64,000 nt of DNA from Octopus bimaculoides (taxonomy: Eukaryota): positions 76,937,653 through 77,001,652 of the forward strand of contig NC_068983.1 in NCBI RefSeq assembly GCF_001194135.2. The letters are read 5' to 3'. The translations under genes were made by a program, and so were the position numbers. Of this stretch, positions 24,744-39,927 are shown piece by piece. A model generated the notes under the pieces. That model had not been told where the DNA came from. It worked only from the letters and a program-made list of their open reading frames with translations, and made no database searches. Each line of letters opens with the position of its first letter. Within the stretch, counting starts at the first letter, position 1.

Positions 24744-25760
24744 CAGAGTGTTCGGGATCAGTTTGCGTATTCTACGTCTCATTTTGTCATGAACCGTTCG
24801 ATGCATTTGTGAATAGTCAATGGCATTGAAGAGCATAACGATCGAATCGATTGTTGAAAAAGTTATTAGCTGACAAGGTAGATTGGAAACTTTCTGAATA
24901 TTGAAAAATAGTTACTTGTATCATGATGTTTTGGGCCGGTTATCAAACCGCCAATATCATTACAGCTGCTGAATGCTCTGTAGACATTGAAAAGGTTGAA
25001 AAACGTAACAGGGAGACCTCCAATGGAGACTACAAAACCCTGACCAACAACTGCAGCACACTGGGATCGAGCATGAGAATCTGAGCTTTGGTCAGAAAGA
25101 TGGGTGGTAGAGTCGCCAGTAAGAAACTGGTCTTGAATGAAGAATTAAAAACTATTGTACAAGAGGAGTAAGGGACAAGCATTGTCAAGGAGAACCGCTT
25201 AACGAAGGCCAAATTTGAGCATCTTATTCAACCAGAGATTACTTAGTACTTCTCGGATAATAAGAACCTCTGTTACGACCATTGCACTATATCTAGAATA
25301 AGAGGTAGCTTGATTACAATCCATATGATATACCCCAGTCATTGAGGTGGTTTCTCCAGTGTGGGTGTCGTCACGGTTCCTCACATCTTTAAACAAAGTT
25401 TCAGGCTTAAATCGGATGGCAATGTGAAGCTGGTGGAGACTCTGATCAAATCCTGGCTGGAGTTGTTTGCTACTTGAAGTCCATATGAGTAGCAGCAGTA
25501 TATGTCTCCATGCTGCGCCTCCGGAGAAAGTGAGAAGTGTGGATGGGAAAATTTCTACGACTGCACTGGCCCCAATTTATGCCCTCCAAATTATTCTGAT
25601 TACTTTGTGTAGGGTATGGGTAAGAAATAACATCCAAACACTCTGCTCTCATCACCAAGCCTTAGCTATTGGTCAAGGTCATGCATAATGCAGCTGTGGA
25701 GTACATTGTCATTGCTCATCTTATCTGGTGTTCTCACTACATAAATAAATGAAGTTTATA
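24744..25760 (+). mobile_element. Decayed maT/DD37D-like transposon
   Basis: TA-CAGAGTGTTCGGGATCAGTTTGCG terminus; KENRLTKAK, FSDNKN, VPHIFKQSFRLKSDGNVKLVETLIKSWLE, ENFYDCTGPNLCPPN..DYFV motifs in order, with many stops. Confidence 0.8.
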
Positions 25761-26957
25761 CGAAACGTACGTACTGCTATAACCTAATACATTTTTGTTC
25801 CTTTTCTTCATATATATATNNNNNNNNNNNNNNNNNNNNNNNNNNNNNNNNNNNNNNNNNNNNNNNNNNNNNNNNNNNNNNNNNNNNNNNNNNNNNNNNN
25901 NNNNNNNNNNNNNNNNNNNNNNTATATATATACACATATATATTATATACACATATATATATATGTAATGAACAGCATTTACATAGCCTAAAATGGCCAA
26001 TATGCTCATATTAAGGTTAGGTTGATATTTTTTAATGAATGTAGTCTGTGTTTGAATTCGCACAACAGTGCATTAATTTGTTGATGTTGCTTTATTAGAA
26101 CATCATGTTTGCAACTTGATTTTATTCGGAGCATCAGATGGATGGAATGATAACAGACTACTATATTTGTGTATATATTGGTTGTGAGATAGAGGCCCAG
26201 ATTGAGTTGCCAATATATGAGAGCAAATGGTAATTTTACACCTACAAATGTAGGCATGTTTCCCAGCTTCGTGAAAGTCAGCTGGTTACTGGCATAGCCA
26301 ATTCCTTCCATCACTTTTCACTTCACCTGAAATGGATAATTGTCTCCACTGTTGTGATGCTTGACTGAGGCCAGACATGTTGATATTGAAAAACAAAAAT
26401 TATTCACACCACATTTGCTCTTATTCGACGGAGCCTTTTAAGGTCTCATAGTATACTTCAGATTTTACTGTTTTCTTAGCAAGAAATCAACAAGAATAAA
26501 ACCTTTATCAAATAAAACTATGATTAAATTTGAAGCCAAAATATCTGTTAGATCCTAGAAAATGGTTCGTATCAGAGAATACCATGCACTTTTAATACCA
26601 TTTTATACTTAGAATAAATAATGCCTTAAATTTTCTACATTTTATCTGATACGTTATATATGTTGATATATTTGGCTAAGATCTTGGGGAATTAAATTTC
26701 AGTTGTTAATGTATTAGTTTTTGCAATGATTTCTATCTTGTACTAATTACATTTCTGCTGAAGGCATTGACTTCTGAAACACTTGGATTCCATTCTCTAT
26801 TATTTCTTATCGTTTTTCTTCTATTGCTAAATTCGTCTGCATTCCTTTTCTCTTTATATGTTTGTGTCTAAGTACCCAAATAATTATTACATTTTCATTG
26901 ATTTGCTCTGAATATGTTCTTGCTTTTTAAAAGACCCTCTCAATATTAATCAACAAT

Positions 26958-27110
26958 AGGCTGCGAGTTGGCAGAATCGTTCAAATTCCGCCGAAGTTGA
27001 CTTTGCGTTGGGTCAATAAAATAAATACTATTTCAGCACAAGATCGATGTAATTGACTTACCTCTCCCCCAAAATTGCTGGCCCTGTAACAAAATTTGAG
27101 ATCAGTATTA
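26958..27110 (+). mobile_element. SINE family B, internally deleted copy with the CCCCCAAAATTGCTGGCC tail
   Basis: GGCTGCGAGTTGGCAGAATCGTT fused to CAAATTCCGCCGAAGTTGACTTTGC; GATGTAATTGACTTA followed by the alternative tail. Confidence 0.7.
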
Positions 27111-28254
27111 ATTAACAATTTTTTATTGAAATAATTCTCGGTTGAATATGTCCTAGGCAAACTGTAGATATCAGAACAGCCCAGCTACCTGCATCCAGAT
27201 ACTGTAAACCCCTGTTGCAATCTAAATATATATTTGTATTATCATGTTGGCATATATACCTGCATAGCAGTTTGAGATGTATCATTATTGAGATGTATTA
27301 TTGCTATTCTATTCATTTGCTACCACTTTTAGTTTTTTTTTAATTATTTTCAATGATTTTAATAATTGATGTATATCAATGTTAGGGGTAGATTTAAGAA
27401 ATTTGACATGTTTGTATGTAGTTCACTCAATCACAAACTCACATACACGCACTGATAGATATGTTTTGTATGTATTAATTATAACATTTCTAGTGTTTGT
27501 GAATTTTGATAATCTAGTTTGTCCCGTTTTTCCAACGTATCAAACACGATCATCATCAGTATAATTGTTTTTCTTACATTATATTTTCAGTTATGTTATT
27601 TTAGTTATCTCTTTTTTCTTCTCTGATTTTTAAAATTTTATTTTTATTTTTCTGATATCTGTCAGAAATCAACCCACTGAAAACGAATAAAAAATGAATT
27701 CTTCTGACATGTTAAGAGCACACCGAAAATAATATGGTCTATCAGCTGTATTAGATGTAATTCAAAGAGTTCTATTTTCCCTGACTTAAACTTAAAGAAA
27801 ATCATTCCGTTTTAGCAAATATAATATGTCCAGGGGAATTTCACTAATATTCCTTTTACGGTCGATTATTTTCCTTTTGTAAATCTTTTGTATATATATT
27901 TTCTACATTATTCCTCAGATGAAAGAATATGGTAACCACATGTGCTGATACATCCCAATGTCTTTCGTGCATGAATTGTTTCTGTCTAAATCATTATGTA
28001 AAAATACAACAAAGATTAGTCGATGTGACGTAAACAAATTATATGCTCGCATCTTTAGAAGACCCCTGTAACATATTATTGGTCGGCATTATGTTCCATT
28101 CTGGAATCAAAGTCAACGGTAAGTATTTCTGATACACACAAATGAAATACAAAATGAAGTATGTGTCCAGAATTGGATATCGATATAACGTACCCTGGGA
28201 GAGTCAAAATCATGCTGGAGGGTGTGGATGATTTCTCGGCTCGTAGGACGTTAT

Positions 28255-28541
28255 ACTCTTTTACTTTTTTACTCTTTTAATTCTTTCAGTCATTTCACCG
28301 CGGTCATGCTGTAGCATCGCATTTATTCAAGCAAATCGACCCCAGGACTTATTCTTTTGAAGCCTAGTACTTATTCTATCGGGCTCTCTTACCGAACCGC
28401 TAAGTTCGCTAAGTTACGGGGACGTAAACACACTACCATCGGTTGTCAAGTGATGTTGGGAGGGGGGACAAACACAGACACACAGACATATACACACACG
28501 CATATATATATATATAATTATGAGTTATATATATGTATATA

Positions 28542-28594
<53 letters not shown>

Positions 28595-28802
28595 TTACAT
28601 ATATACGACGGGCTTCTTTCAGTTTCCGTCTACCAAATCCACTCACAAGGCTTTGGTCGGCCCGAGGCTAAAGTAGAAGACACATGCCCAAGGTACCACG
28701 CAGTGAGAATGAACCCGGAACCATGTGGTTGGTAAGAAAGCTACTTACTACAGCGCTACTCCTGCGCGTGTAGCTACTTACCACACAACCATGACTGCGC
28801 CT
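28255..28802 (-). mobile_element. tRNA-derived SINE (family C), full length, duplicated head, internal (TA)n
   Basis: Minus strand AGGCGCAG...GTGTGGTAAGTAGCT present twice, GGTTCCGGGTTCA (B-box), body, (TA)n/(TG)n, then ACAACCGATGG...GTTTACGTCCCCGTAACTTAGC, ending in AAAGAGT-like repeats. Confidence 0.9.
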
Positions 28803-31800
28803 ATAGAACAAGAATCTGTAAATAAATGGTGGCTATTTAAAATAGTATACATCTCATATTCAAAGGGCATTCGATATACATTAGAAGCTGAAAAGATTAT
28901 GAAAGATACCATTTCAGATAAACAGGTTTTATATTAGGTATGTAATTTGATTTTGTGAAAAAGGATTTCATATATTATGATTATGAACTATAGCTGAGTA
29001 GCTTAGAAGCATGTGGCTGGTTTAATAACCATAATAAACCTAATATGGATTAAGCGAGTACTGGGTGTGAAATATTTAAGACTTATTATGGTATTAATGC
29101 GATTCTACGTGAGAGGTTAATTATGTGTTGGTTTCTAGTAATTATATGTAAGCGCGTAGTTCATTATGTGTTTTACACCTGTGAATTTTCAAATCTATTT
29201 AGACATTGGCAGAAGCAATTATGAGTTACATATTATCTCAAATGGAATTTTTCGATTTCTTTGCAAATCCAAGCCTGTCTCATTATGCTCACTTTTCTTA
29301 TGCTCTAAAAAAGAAATAAATCAAATATAATCAGCTTAATCATGTTGCAATGTTGCATTTTTCAAAACGAAAGTTTTGAATGGATAATTGAATTCTTGAG
29401 GGATCAGAAATAAACATGAGGAATTTCTTTTTGTATTACACTGTGTTTCATAAAACAAAATGAATAAAAAATTATGTCCTTTTTGAATTTTATGTAAATA
29501 ATTTTCTCAAAAGATATGAAAATAGCATTTTCCAAAAACTGTTAAAGCCTTAAATATTCAAATAATGACCTGACTTTCAAAAATGCAAAAAAAAAAAAAA
29601 ANNNNNNNNNNAAAAAAAAAAAAAAAAATGTGTGTGAAATATGAAAAAAAAAACCAAAACAATATAATCGAAGATACAGTATGCAGAGGGGTTTCAGTAA
29701 CTAAAGTATTTGTTTAGTATGTTACCTTCACTCCTAAAGGAATTGCTAATATGTATATAAATCTGGATCTGTTAAAAATGTTATTTGGTTTCATTCATAT
29801 ATGCGATTAGTAATCTACTAGCATACAGCTCACACGTACGAATAAAAGCTTTGTAAAGTTGGAAAATCTTACAGGAAATAAGCTGCAGTGTAATCCAGCT
29901 TATCTTAAATATAGCCTTGTGAGATTTAGAATAAATGAATAAGCCTATACTACTACCGAGGGTTCCGGTCATTGGTAGATGACTGACGTTTTGTACACAG
30001 GTCGTTCAAGTTTTCCTGTCAATGCCCACTAATAAAGAAAAGTGGATTTTACCACAATTCCAGGTTGATCAATATATATAGACGAAACTAATATGGTAGA
30101 TGTAAACTATATAGAAGCCCGTTGTATGTACATATAACGCAATGCACGCACATGTATATGATCGCATTCTCATGAGTGTAAGATGCATATGAACGATATT
30201 CACTTGCATACGCCAAAAAAAATACCACACACACATATGTATGAGCGTATACGAATTTCATATTATGTATTTGCGCGTGCGTGTACGTATATATTCGTAA
30301 TGTTACCTTTTGCCAATTTGTTTATTATTCAGTTATGCATATAGCTATGCAAGAATCCCCAAATCCCAGTGCTTTCGGGACTACGCGTTTGATGATATGT
30401 ATTCTCAAAGTTATTGTCAAACAATTTTGCAAAACACCGTTTGAAATGCAGTAAACCAGTGTTTGATCCGTCGTAAATGCATTATCATTGAATTTCTTAT
30501 TCAGAAATCACAATATGTAACAATGCCAACAGTATAAGAAATGGAAACCATTTGATGTGCAGCATATCAAATTAATTTAATCTTACGAATTTCCCATTCG
30601 AATGAATTTGTTAACTTATCAACGGAAGATGGGGATAATGAGGACATATGATAGACGATGTATTAACCAATCGGAATATGCAAATAAAATAACCTTTTTT
30701 ACTGTTTGTTAGTAACTACTAAGCATATCTATTGAATTATTGTGCAAAGTATGTTATAAATTCTGAAAGTTTTCTTTCAGCTTTAAGTCACATCTTTCAC
30801 AACCGCTTTCTTTTTATTACCAGCTGACGCACATTCTCTATGACGACAATCAAACAAACAAATAAATAAACAAAAAAGCGTAGCTAATTTAAAGTCAATG
30901 CAAGACAATTATTGATTGTCATAACAACAGATATATGGAAAGCAAACAAAAATTGCAAATATATTTGGAGTCCAAGCCTGGAGAGATGAAACTGAACCGT
31001 GCTGTATAAAAATGCGAGATCTGATTTGGTGAATACGTGATGTCTCACGAAAATCTGTTTCACGCTATTTTTCATAAAACCGATTAAATGAATTTGTATG
31101 TTGCTGGGTGGTTAAAATTGTATATTCCTGGGTGATTAATCTGTAGAATCTATACAGTTCATTTTCAAAAATTGCTGGTGTGTGTTTAGGAATATATTTG
31201 CTAGCAGATCCACTAAATAGGAACATGATGCTTCAGACTATAAAGATTATGCTTGAAATCTGTTAGTAAGAAAATAACATTCACTCTAGGCATTTGACTT
31301 TCTACATCTGCAAAGAAGGGCCTGGATAGAATTTATACTTTGCACTACAACGGTATTAAATAAATTAAATTTTCATGAAAATGACATAGGAAAATACGGA
31401 AATGGTATTTAAACACAATTTTTAATCAAAATTATATTCCTCATAACTACTCTCCAATGCGTTTTTGGCTTATCTTTGCTAACAAATACGTATGGTATTT
31501 TGCATTATTGAATAAAATATTGGATAATTTTTCTGCTAGGTATATTTTCTTATTCTGCTCGTACTGAAAACGAAATAAGCTTACAAAATTGCAAAGAAAT
31601 GCCCCAGTGGAGAATGCTCGTTGCCTCAATCCCGATATAAGCATTAAAGACATGAATGCAAGTACTTTAAATCCCATTCCATTATGCTTCGTATAAATAT
31701 ATTTATTGATTACAGTGCATGATATTTTTCATTCTAAGATTTCGTAAATCTGTTTTTGGCCATTTCAGATGCAACTGGGAGATTTATAAAACTATATGAG

Positions 31801-32558
31801 CAGTTGGCAGAAGATAAAATATAACAGTTAGAACAAAGAATTTACATGTTTGTTTTTTCTCATAAATCCATATTATTGTTACTCAAGTATAATGTATTCA
31901 GTTATGCTACTTAATGTCTTAAGAAATTTCCACATTGTCATGCGTTACAGACAATACATCCTCTTTTTATTTAGAACTGTCTTCTGAGATACTGACAATG
32001 CCTCGATTTCGTTCTTTATTTTAAAACCTTCCGTGATACAAGCACGGTGCCCGTGCAATATTTAGCAATGCATGAAGGCTGTTGTTAACAAAAAATATGC
32101 TGGATCTTAATATGCTAAATGTATATAAAAACTCACTAGTATTTTATGGTATGAAAATATTGCTTATGCAAACTTTAAATTACAAAATGTTTTAGCCACG
32201 TACCCAACAAAATAAACACACATTCTATGAAATATATTCCATGACAGACATTTCATTGGAGTATATTGTCTTTCCAATGAAAAAAATTAGACACTTAAAT
32301 TTCAGCTTCGTATTAACTGATAAAACACTTCTAGACAAAATATAGTAGTACTTAGGGATGAATTAATAATGTTACACAATCATTGTTTCGTAATTTCCGT
32401 TTATGTAAAAAAAAAGAAAAAAATGCAAATGGCTTAAACAAAAATAGAATGCATTCACCCAAGTTTCTGAATCGCCGAAGATTCTTATATAGACTTCTCA
32501 TTCATATTCTCTTTCGCTTCAGTTTCTTTCTTTGAGTGCCGTATATTCTCATAATACA

Positions 32559-32620
<62 letters not shown>

Positions 32621-32773
32621 GCGGGTGCGTGCGTGCGTTTACGATGTTAATTAATAGTAAAATATGATGAATATATTGTCATGATATTTTCTACAGAAAC
32701 CTATTATAGAAGACAGCTTTAAATTCCATATCTTTGGCAAACACACACACCCATATATATCTCTATAAAAAGG

Positions 32774-32774
<1 letters not shown>

Positions 32775-32822
<48 letters not shown>

Positions 32823-32823
32823 A

Positions 32824-32879
<56 letters not shown>

Positions 32880-32950
32880 CATCTATCTATCTATCCATCT
32901 ATCTGTCTGTCCTGTCTGTCTGTATTTCTGTCTGTCTGTCGGTCTGCTTG
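32775..32950. repeat. (TATC)n grading into (TCTG)n microsatellite
   Basis: Directly visible. Confidence 0.95.
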
Positions 32951-33941
32951 TCTTTCTTTTTGTCTATAAAGCTGTCTATTTGTGAGTATAGAGGCTTGTG
33001 CATATTTACGGATGAATGCCTGAAAGTTTGTGAGAGTGAACTTGAGATAATTCTACATTAGTTTTAATACTTGATAAATGGTGCAAAATGTTATATTATT
33101 ATTTATACATCTTTTAATTGGTATTTCTGAAATTTATCTCGGAAGCAAATATCTACGATGTTTTCAGCACTAGATGTAATAAAATATGCAGTGTAGATAC
33201 AGTGTTAAAAATAGATATATTATATTTATTCTTGCACATTTCTAACCGGTTTTACGATTGTTCAAGGTCCATATACAAGAAATGCACAACTATATCGATA
33301 CGGTTTTCAAGGGGTTACAACTGTGTTTTTACACGAACGAAAATAATATTTGAGAACGGGGATTCATACATACGTTTACGTGTAGCCTAGGCTATAATTA
33401 CCTGACCACTATCTTTTAAAGTGTTAAGTACTCACTCATAATCTTCTCAACTCTCCCGAAATCAAGCAGCTTGTGACATCTTATATCATGATCAATATAT
33501 GAGAGGCTATTCGAAATGTATCACACCCACACTTATGTTGCTGCGCAGCTGTTATATCACACAATCGTATTACAACAGTATGACCTGTGTCAGCCGGTTT
33601 CTACCTGGTTAAAATGTATACTGAGTATCAGTGAGCAATTTCTTCTCTTTAATAAACACAATTTCTTGTGCCAAGTTCTTCCAAATTTTCTGATGTATGA
33701 TGTTACAACTTTGAAGAATTTTAATCGAATTTAGCCCCAATACTTACTATTTTGTGTAAAGTCTGGCACTTATTCCATTTGCTGCTTTGCTGAACTGCTA
33801 TGCTATAGGGACCTAAGCAAAAGAACACCAATTGTCAAGCGGCAGTGGAGGACAAACTCATACACAAAGACACAAATACGCACATCTCTACACACACATA
33901 TACATACACATACACACACAGTCACACACGCATATATATAC

Positions 33942-34006
<65 letters not shown>

Positions 34007-34559
34007 CATACATACATACATACATACGCTTGTGTTTGTGTGTATATGGGGGGGGTTATCTGTCTCTTACAGTGAACTTTTATATTAAAACGATGATCTT
34101 GCTATATCACGTAAAATCGGGCAATGTTCTATTATTCCCGTTATTTCACTAATATTATTCTTTATAGTTGTGTTTACGTGCCTTTTATACTTGCCTCATC
34201 TTCCGCTAATTTACTTTTACGTCCCCAAACCAGCACTACCCTCTCTTGTATGAACAGTCTGCATTCCTGAATATTTCAAAGTTATCATTTAGTGTTATAT
34301 TAACCATTTTCTCTTATTTCATATTTGTCATATGAATTTGCCAAATGTATCTAATAAGCTAAATAAGGCCTCCAAAATGTCGTCATATATTTACCACATT
34401 ACATTCATGGTTACCCATAAAATATTTTCCTTTTACGAAGTATATTTATGCTTATGCTTTGGATCGTAACATTTAATATTAAAGCTTCCAAGTGAATGTT
34501 AGAGTATCAATGAATGTTTGTATTTTTTGGTAAATCAACCCCCCGCCACTAAATCAAGT

Positions 34560-34666
<107 letters not shown>

Positions 34667-35502
34667 GTGAGGAGAGAATTTTAGCCATATTCCCGAAACA
34701 CAAGATACGGTCAATAGTCATTATTAGTTAGCATTCTATAATGCAATTGGTGAAAAAAAAATATACTAATACTTGCTTCTGAAAAGCTTATAAGCATGTC
34801 AATGCTGCTTGATTTTCGCTTCAGATAAAAGATGAGTTATGCATTTTCTTTTGCTCGTATGATCATCAACTGATCATTATCATATAATTACCCAGCCATT
34901 GTTTTCATAATCAAGTCTTTGCTAAAATAGTTTCCCGATAACGTTTCAAACTTTCAACACTCAAGTTTGAGTAGACAACCTACATACACACATACAGAAG
35001 TATAAAACAAGGAATAAATAAGGGTCATTATGTATTGCTTTATTGTAGTATATTTGACTTACAGTTGTTATAAGCAGAAGTGATTCTGACGGAAGTAGCG
35101 TTACCTCTCTAGGTCATTCAATGTTTCTCAAGCGATTAATGAACCTATTAAGTAAACCTGGCAATAATGAAACTGTTAATTACTACTGAAAACAGCTGTA
35201 AATCAAATTTCGTATAATAATGAAATGAAGAATGATCATTATTTCTGCCTTTTCTTGCATATAATTCTGTCTAAAAACCAGCGAAGAGAGCCATGGGTTT
35301 TCAATATAGAATGGTGATGAACTATACCTCGAATACTGCCACAGAAATATGCAGAGTTCATTACTAATGTAAACAATATTGTTAACCTTGTGTACTAACA
35401 GAGAGCCTACAATTTATTTTGCACGGATTTATAATCCCTCACAAAGTATCTCTGTTTTAATATTTCACAAAATCACTGTAAACCTAGACAGAATATAGAA
35501 GT

Positions 35503-35569
35503 ACATACATACATACATACATACATACATACATACATACATACGTACGTACATACATACATACATACA

Positions 35570-35603
<34 letters not shown>

Positions 35604-35612
35604 CATACATAC
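35503..35612. repeat. (TACA)n microsatellite
   Basis: Directly visible. Confidence 0.95.
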
Positions 35613-36343
35613 ATGGAATCATAAAAGCACCAATATGCACATTTGGCTAGATTGCTATTATAACCTGGCATTCACTAATTAATATATTCTGAAAAAGAAA
35701 ATTTACTATACTTAATCGGTAATATAATGAACAACGAATTTAGTAGAATCATGTAGTGAAGGCGGGCGTGAACTCTTTACTTTGCGCGCAGGGAGCTACA
35801 CTGGTGCATGAGTTTTATAGAATTAGGTATATGATAGAAATAATTTGCATCTCAGCAATGCATGATTTTATGATAGGCGAGCTACAGTTTTCGATAATGG
35901 GGGACATGAAATATATGCTAAAAAGCTATATACACTTGACATAAAGAGAATTAGTAATAATTATTGATATCCTACTTGTGAACAGCTATATTTCAAGTCT
36001 ATTTTGCATTACGTCTATATTTCATCATATGAACATTATGCATAAAAGACACATCCTCCCATCAATTCAATCTAACCTCCTCATTAGAGAGATATATGTT
36101 CACTAAAGATATAAGTGACATTATATAATATACACAAAGTTATGAATTCACATCTCCATAAATTTACCATTCTGTGGTTAAAAAAAATGGGATTAAAAAA
36201 TACAGGCAGATATCAATAAAGAAAACAGTTTTAAACGAATAAGGTTAACTATATCTAACCGACACCAGTAAATGTAATTAGAATACACATCCATGATAAT
36301 TCCCCACGTATGTTCATATGTATATATGCATGTGTATATATGC

Positions 36344-36382
<39 letters not shown>

Positions 36383-39300
36383 NNNNNNNNNNNNNNNNNN
36401 NNNNNNNNNNNNNNNNNNNNNNNNNNNNNNNNNNNNNNNNNNNNNNNNNNNNNNNNNNNNNNNNNNNNNNNNNNNNNNNNNNNNNNNNNNNNNNNNNNNN
36501 NNNNNNNNNNNNNNNNNNNTGTAAAACACTGTATGATAAAGGAACTTATTAAAACACCGCCTCTTTTCTCAACTACTATTGTTGCTTAAAGAATCAGAAC
36601 GAAGGAATTCATATCAAACTACTACTATCTGATGCCCACTACCAGCAACTCGCATGACTACAAAAAGAGAGACAGAGACAGATAGAGAATACTATGGAAA
36701 TATTAATAAAAAAAACATCTCATTTAATTTTTCCACAATTCATTTTTATCATGCTTTACTCAAAGTTAAAAAGTCGCAAATACTTATTGGCGGAGTTTAG
36801 GTGGAAATGCATGCTCGGATTTACAGTTCCGAAATATTTATTTGTTTTCTTTGCCTTAGTTTCTGGACGCCATTTTGTAGCTCTTTGTATTCTGTTATCG
36901 ATTAAGAATTATGGGTATTTAATATCATGGAATATGTTCTTCAGTTCTTGGGGACGTATGACAGGGTGGTTTGAAGCGAATACTGTTATGTAAGTTTTTT
37001 GCTGGATTATAAGGAATATTTATTCTAGTGTGTCTCAAGTCGCATGAAGTGAATGGAAGATACCGTTTTCAGTCCGTAGATTTATAGTAAACCCCTGTCT
37101 CTATTCATTTGGATGTTTAAAAATTGGATTTGGTTATGCTAATTTCCATATGTATAATACATTTTCATTAATCTCATTGGGAATTGTCTCAAATTCTTTT
37201 AACTTTTCTACATTTCCTTTACGTAGAATGAAACAATTACCATGTTGGTTTTTCCAATATAGCTGAAAATATTTGAAGAAATATATTCTACATGTTTGTA
37301 TTGATTTTTGCTACTACGTACTCTCTAGATAGCCCATAACTTGATTTGCAAATGTCAACCGGCTTTCATTTCCCTCGTAGGTCCACATTTTTAGTCTAGA
37401 CTCCAGAATAAATTTCAGTTTCTCTATTATACATTCTGGCGAGGACGTGCACCAGAATTTGATGGCATCAACTCCTAAGCTGAAGAGAATCTATATTCAA
37501 ACACCCCATGGGATATTTGAAGAGAGATACTTTATATCCAAATATACTAACAGTGTTTTTCAGTGATTATTTTCGGATGAGGGATTAGTATAACTAAATC
37601 ATCTCTAATAGGATTTCTAAAGCATTCGGGGAATGAATACCTAAAATTTCTTTCGGACGGTGTGTTTCACATGTTGGTCCAACTGTGATATCTGGTATGG
37701 AAATTCACACATATACATACATATCATATGTACATATAAGAAGTAACATGAACTGAAAACAAGAAATACCTGCAAAATTTGAAGACATTCTAATAGCATC
37801 AACTCTAAATTGCAGGTAGAATAAAATTTAATAAGACACTAACTAAATCGGACGTAATGCTTATCTCACCTTCTACCCTGAAAAGTATTTCAGTTGCCAA
37901 ATCTACACATTATGACATGCTTTTATTGCATTACTACCGGTGAAAGTGAATAATATAGGTAACTAAAACTAAAAGTGACGCTGGAAAAAAAAGATCGTGC
38001 AAATATTATAAGATTAACTATCGAGCAACGTAGTTGTAGCCGAAAACTGTATTTAGAAGATGGATCGGCACATGGCATTTATTTCAGTAGATATTTTGAA
38101 TGCATTTCACACAGATGTTCTGTGATTATTGGCCTTTGGTACCATCAATATAATATTGTAGCATCATTAATATAAGATATATGAAATTTATTGTGAATAA
38201 GAGGCAAACAATAATGCAGATACATGTAAAACGGAAATATATAAACAAACCATCTTCAAAGTTAGTTTCTCCTCATCAAGTTTAACAGGGCCGGACTCGG
38301 AAAGATTTTTTTATGGCAAGGCGATCAATCATCTTTTGAATATAAATGAATTCAAGTTGTAAGCTACAGAGGATAAACAACCTGAAATATTACTGCAAAT
38401 CTTAAATGAAATTACTTGAGATATTTAAATGATGTTTCAGATAAGAAGTTGAGATAAAGGAACACTGGAAAGAAGAACAAAAACACTCGTATACAATGCT
38501 GGGTAAAGAAATAGGGTCTGCCACAATTCGACGAAATGCACAGAGAAAAATGAAAACTGTTGGATAATAAGCATGAACAACCATGCTGGCACATAGTTTA
38601 CAATTATGATAATTTTAATCAAATGGTAAATGAACTAGTATGACTACACATAAAAATAAGTATGTCATTTAGAATGCACAATTTTTGAAATATTATGGTA
38701 ATATTTACAACGACCATAAGATGTGAACGAATTCATGAATATAGAAGTGTGTTAGGTGATCTAAAATTCGGGATGTACAAATATGCATAGCAAAATTAAT
38801 GATAAAAAGAATACATACTCTCACGAAACACGGACCGAAAACAATCGACAAGTAGCACATTGAACGGCAAAACAAAATAAAGCAGGATAAAAAGATAATT
38901 ATGAATACATGGGAAAAATCAACAGCAAAATAGCCGTCGAACAGCCGTAAAAGTCTTACCAAGCCATGGGCTACAAAATACCTTCTGAAATATAGGCAAG
39001 GGGCAATGTATGTGACTATAAACAGAGTACAAGTTGGGATAATATGCAACAATTACACATGAAAGATGTTTCACTACAAAATATAACAAGTCATGGAAGA
39101 TGGCCCGACTTCAGCGTCAGATTAAGCAATTTATTTTAGAGAAAGTGACCCTCCTTTCATGGAGAAAAGTGTTATACTCTTTAGGTAGGACCAAAGTTTT
39201 GACAGGATTTTGTATTTTTAAATGTTGTAAGGTAACAACATCTATACGGCCTGCCAGAGTATGCATAGGTTGTCACTAATAGTATCAGTAACAATAGCAT

Positions 39301-39887
39301 CAAATTAAAATGTGTAGTGTGAGATGCATTGCTGCAGTTAGAGTTATTTAAGTACAAAATAACATGATTGACTTAGAGCAAGAAAAATCACATAGGAATT
39401 CTGACAGTACATTCTGTTATCACTCCGCTCACACGTAGAGGCTTTGAAGATGTAATCTACAAGTTTCTATTATCACTTGTAGCATTATAAACAGGTTGAA
39501 TTCATTTTTATGAATATGAACAGCTCTTATATTTCCACTAAGTGTCAAGCTTAAATAGCTCGCGGAGGCAATAGGAAACATAATGTGCTATCAACAATGT
39601 GCATCCGAATGTTCAGATACTAAATACAAAATTACAAATACTTCTCCAGAAATTTTAACACGTACATTTCTTATAGTTGTTTAGCTTATTAACACATGAT
39701 AAACAACGACAATCAATATTATTTATGATCAGGATCATTCAGTGTTTCCTAATCACAAGACAGTAGCATGTAATTGATAATTGTGTTGCTAATTCTTGCA
39801 AGTGGAATGCATACATTAATACATCTTCACCGATTATATTTCTATATTCACAATTGCTTGAAAAGTTTGTATATTCGGCTACAACAT

Positions 39888-39927
<40 letters not shown>

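Noticed and set aside
31539-31640. SH3-like start (IFSYSARTENEISL) after an acceptor
   Set aside because: The rest of the SH3 signature (WW, GxxP) is absent and the frame stops.
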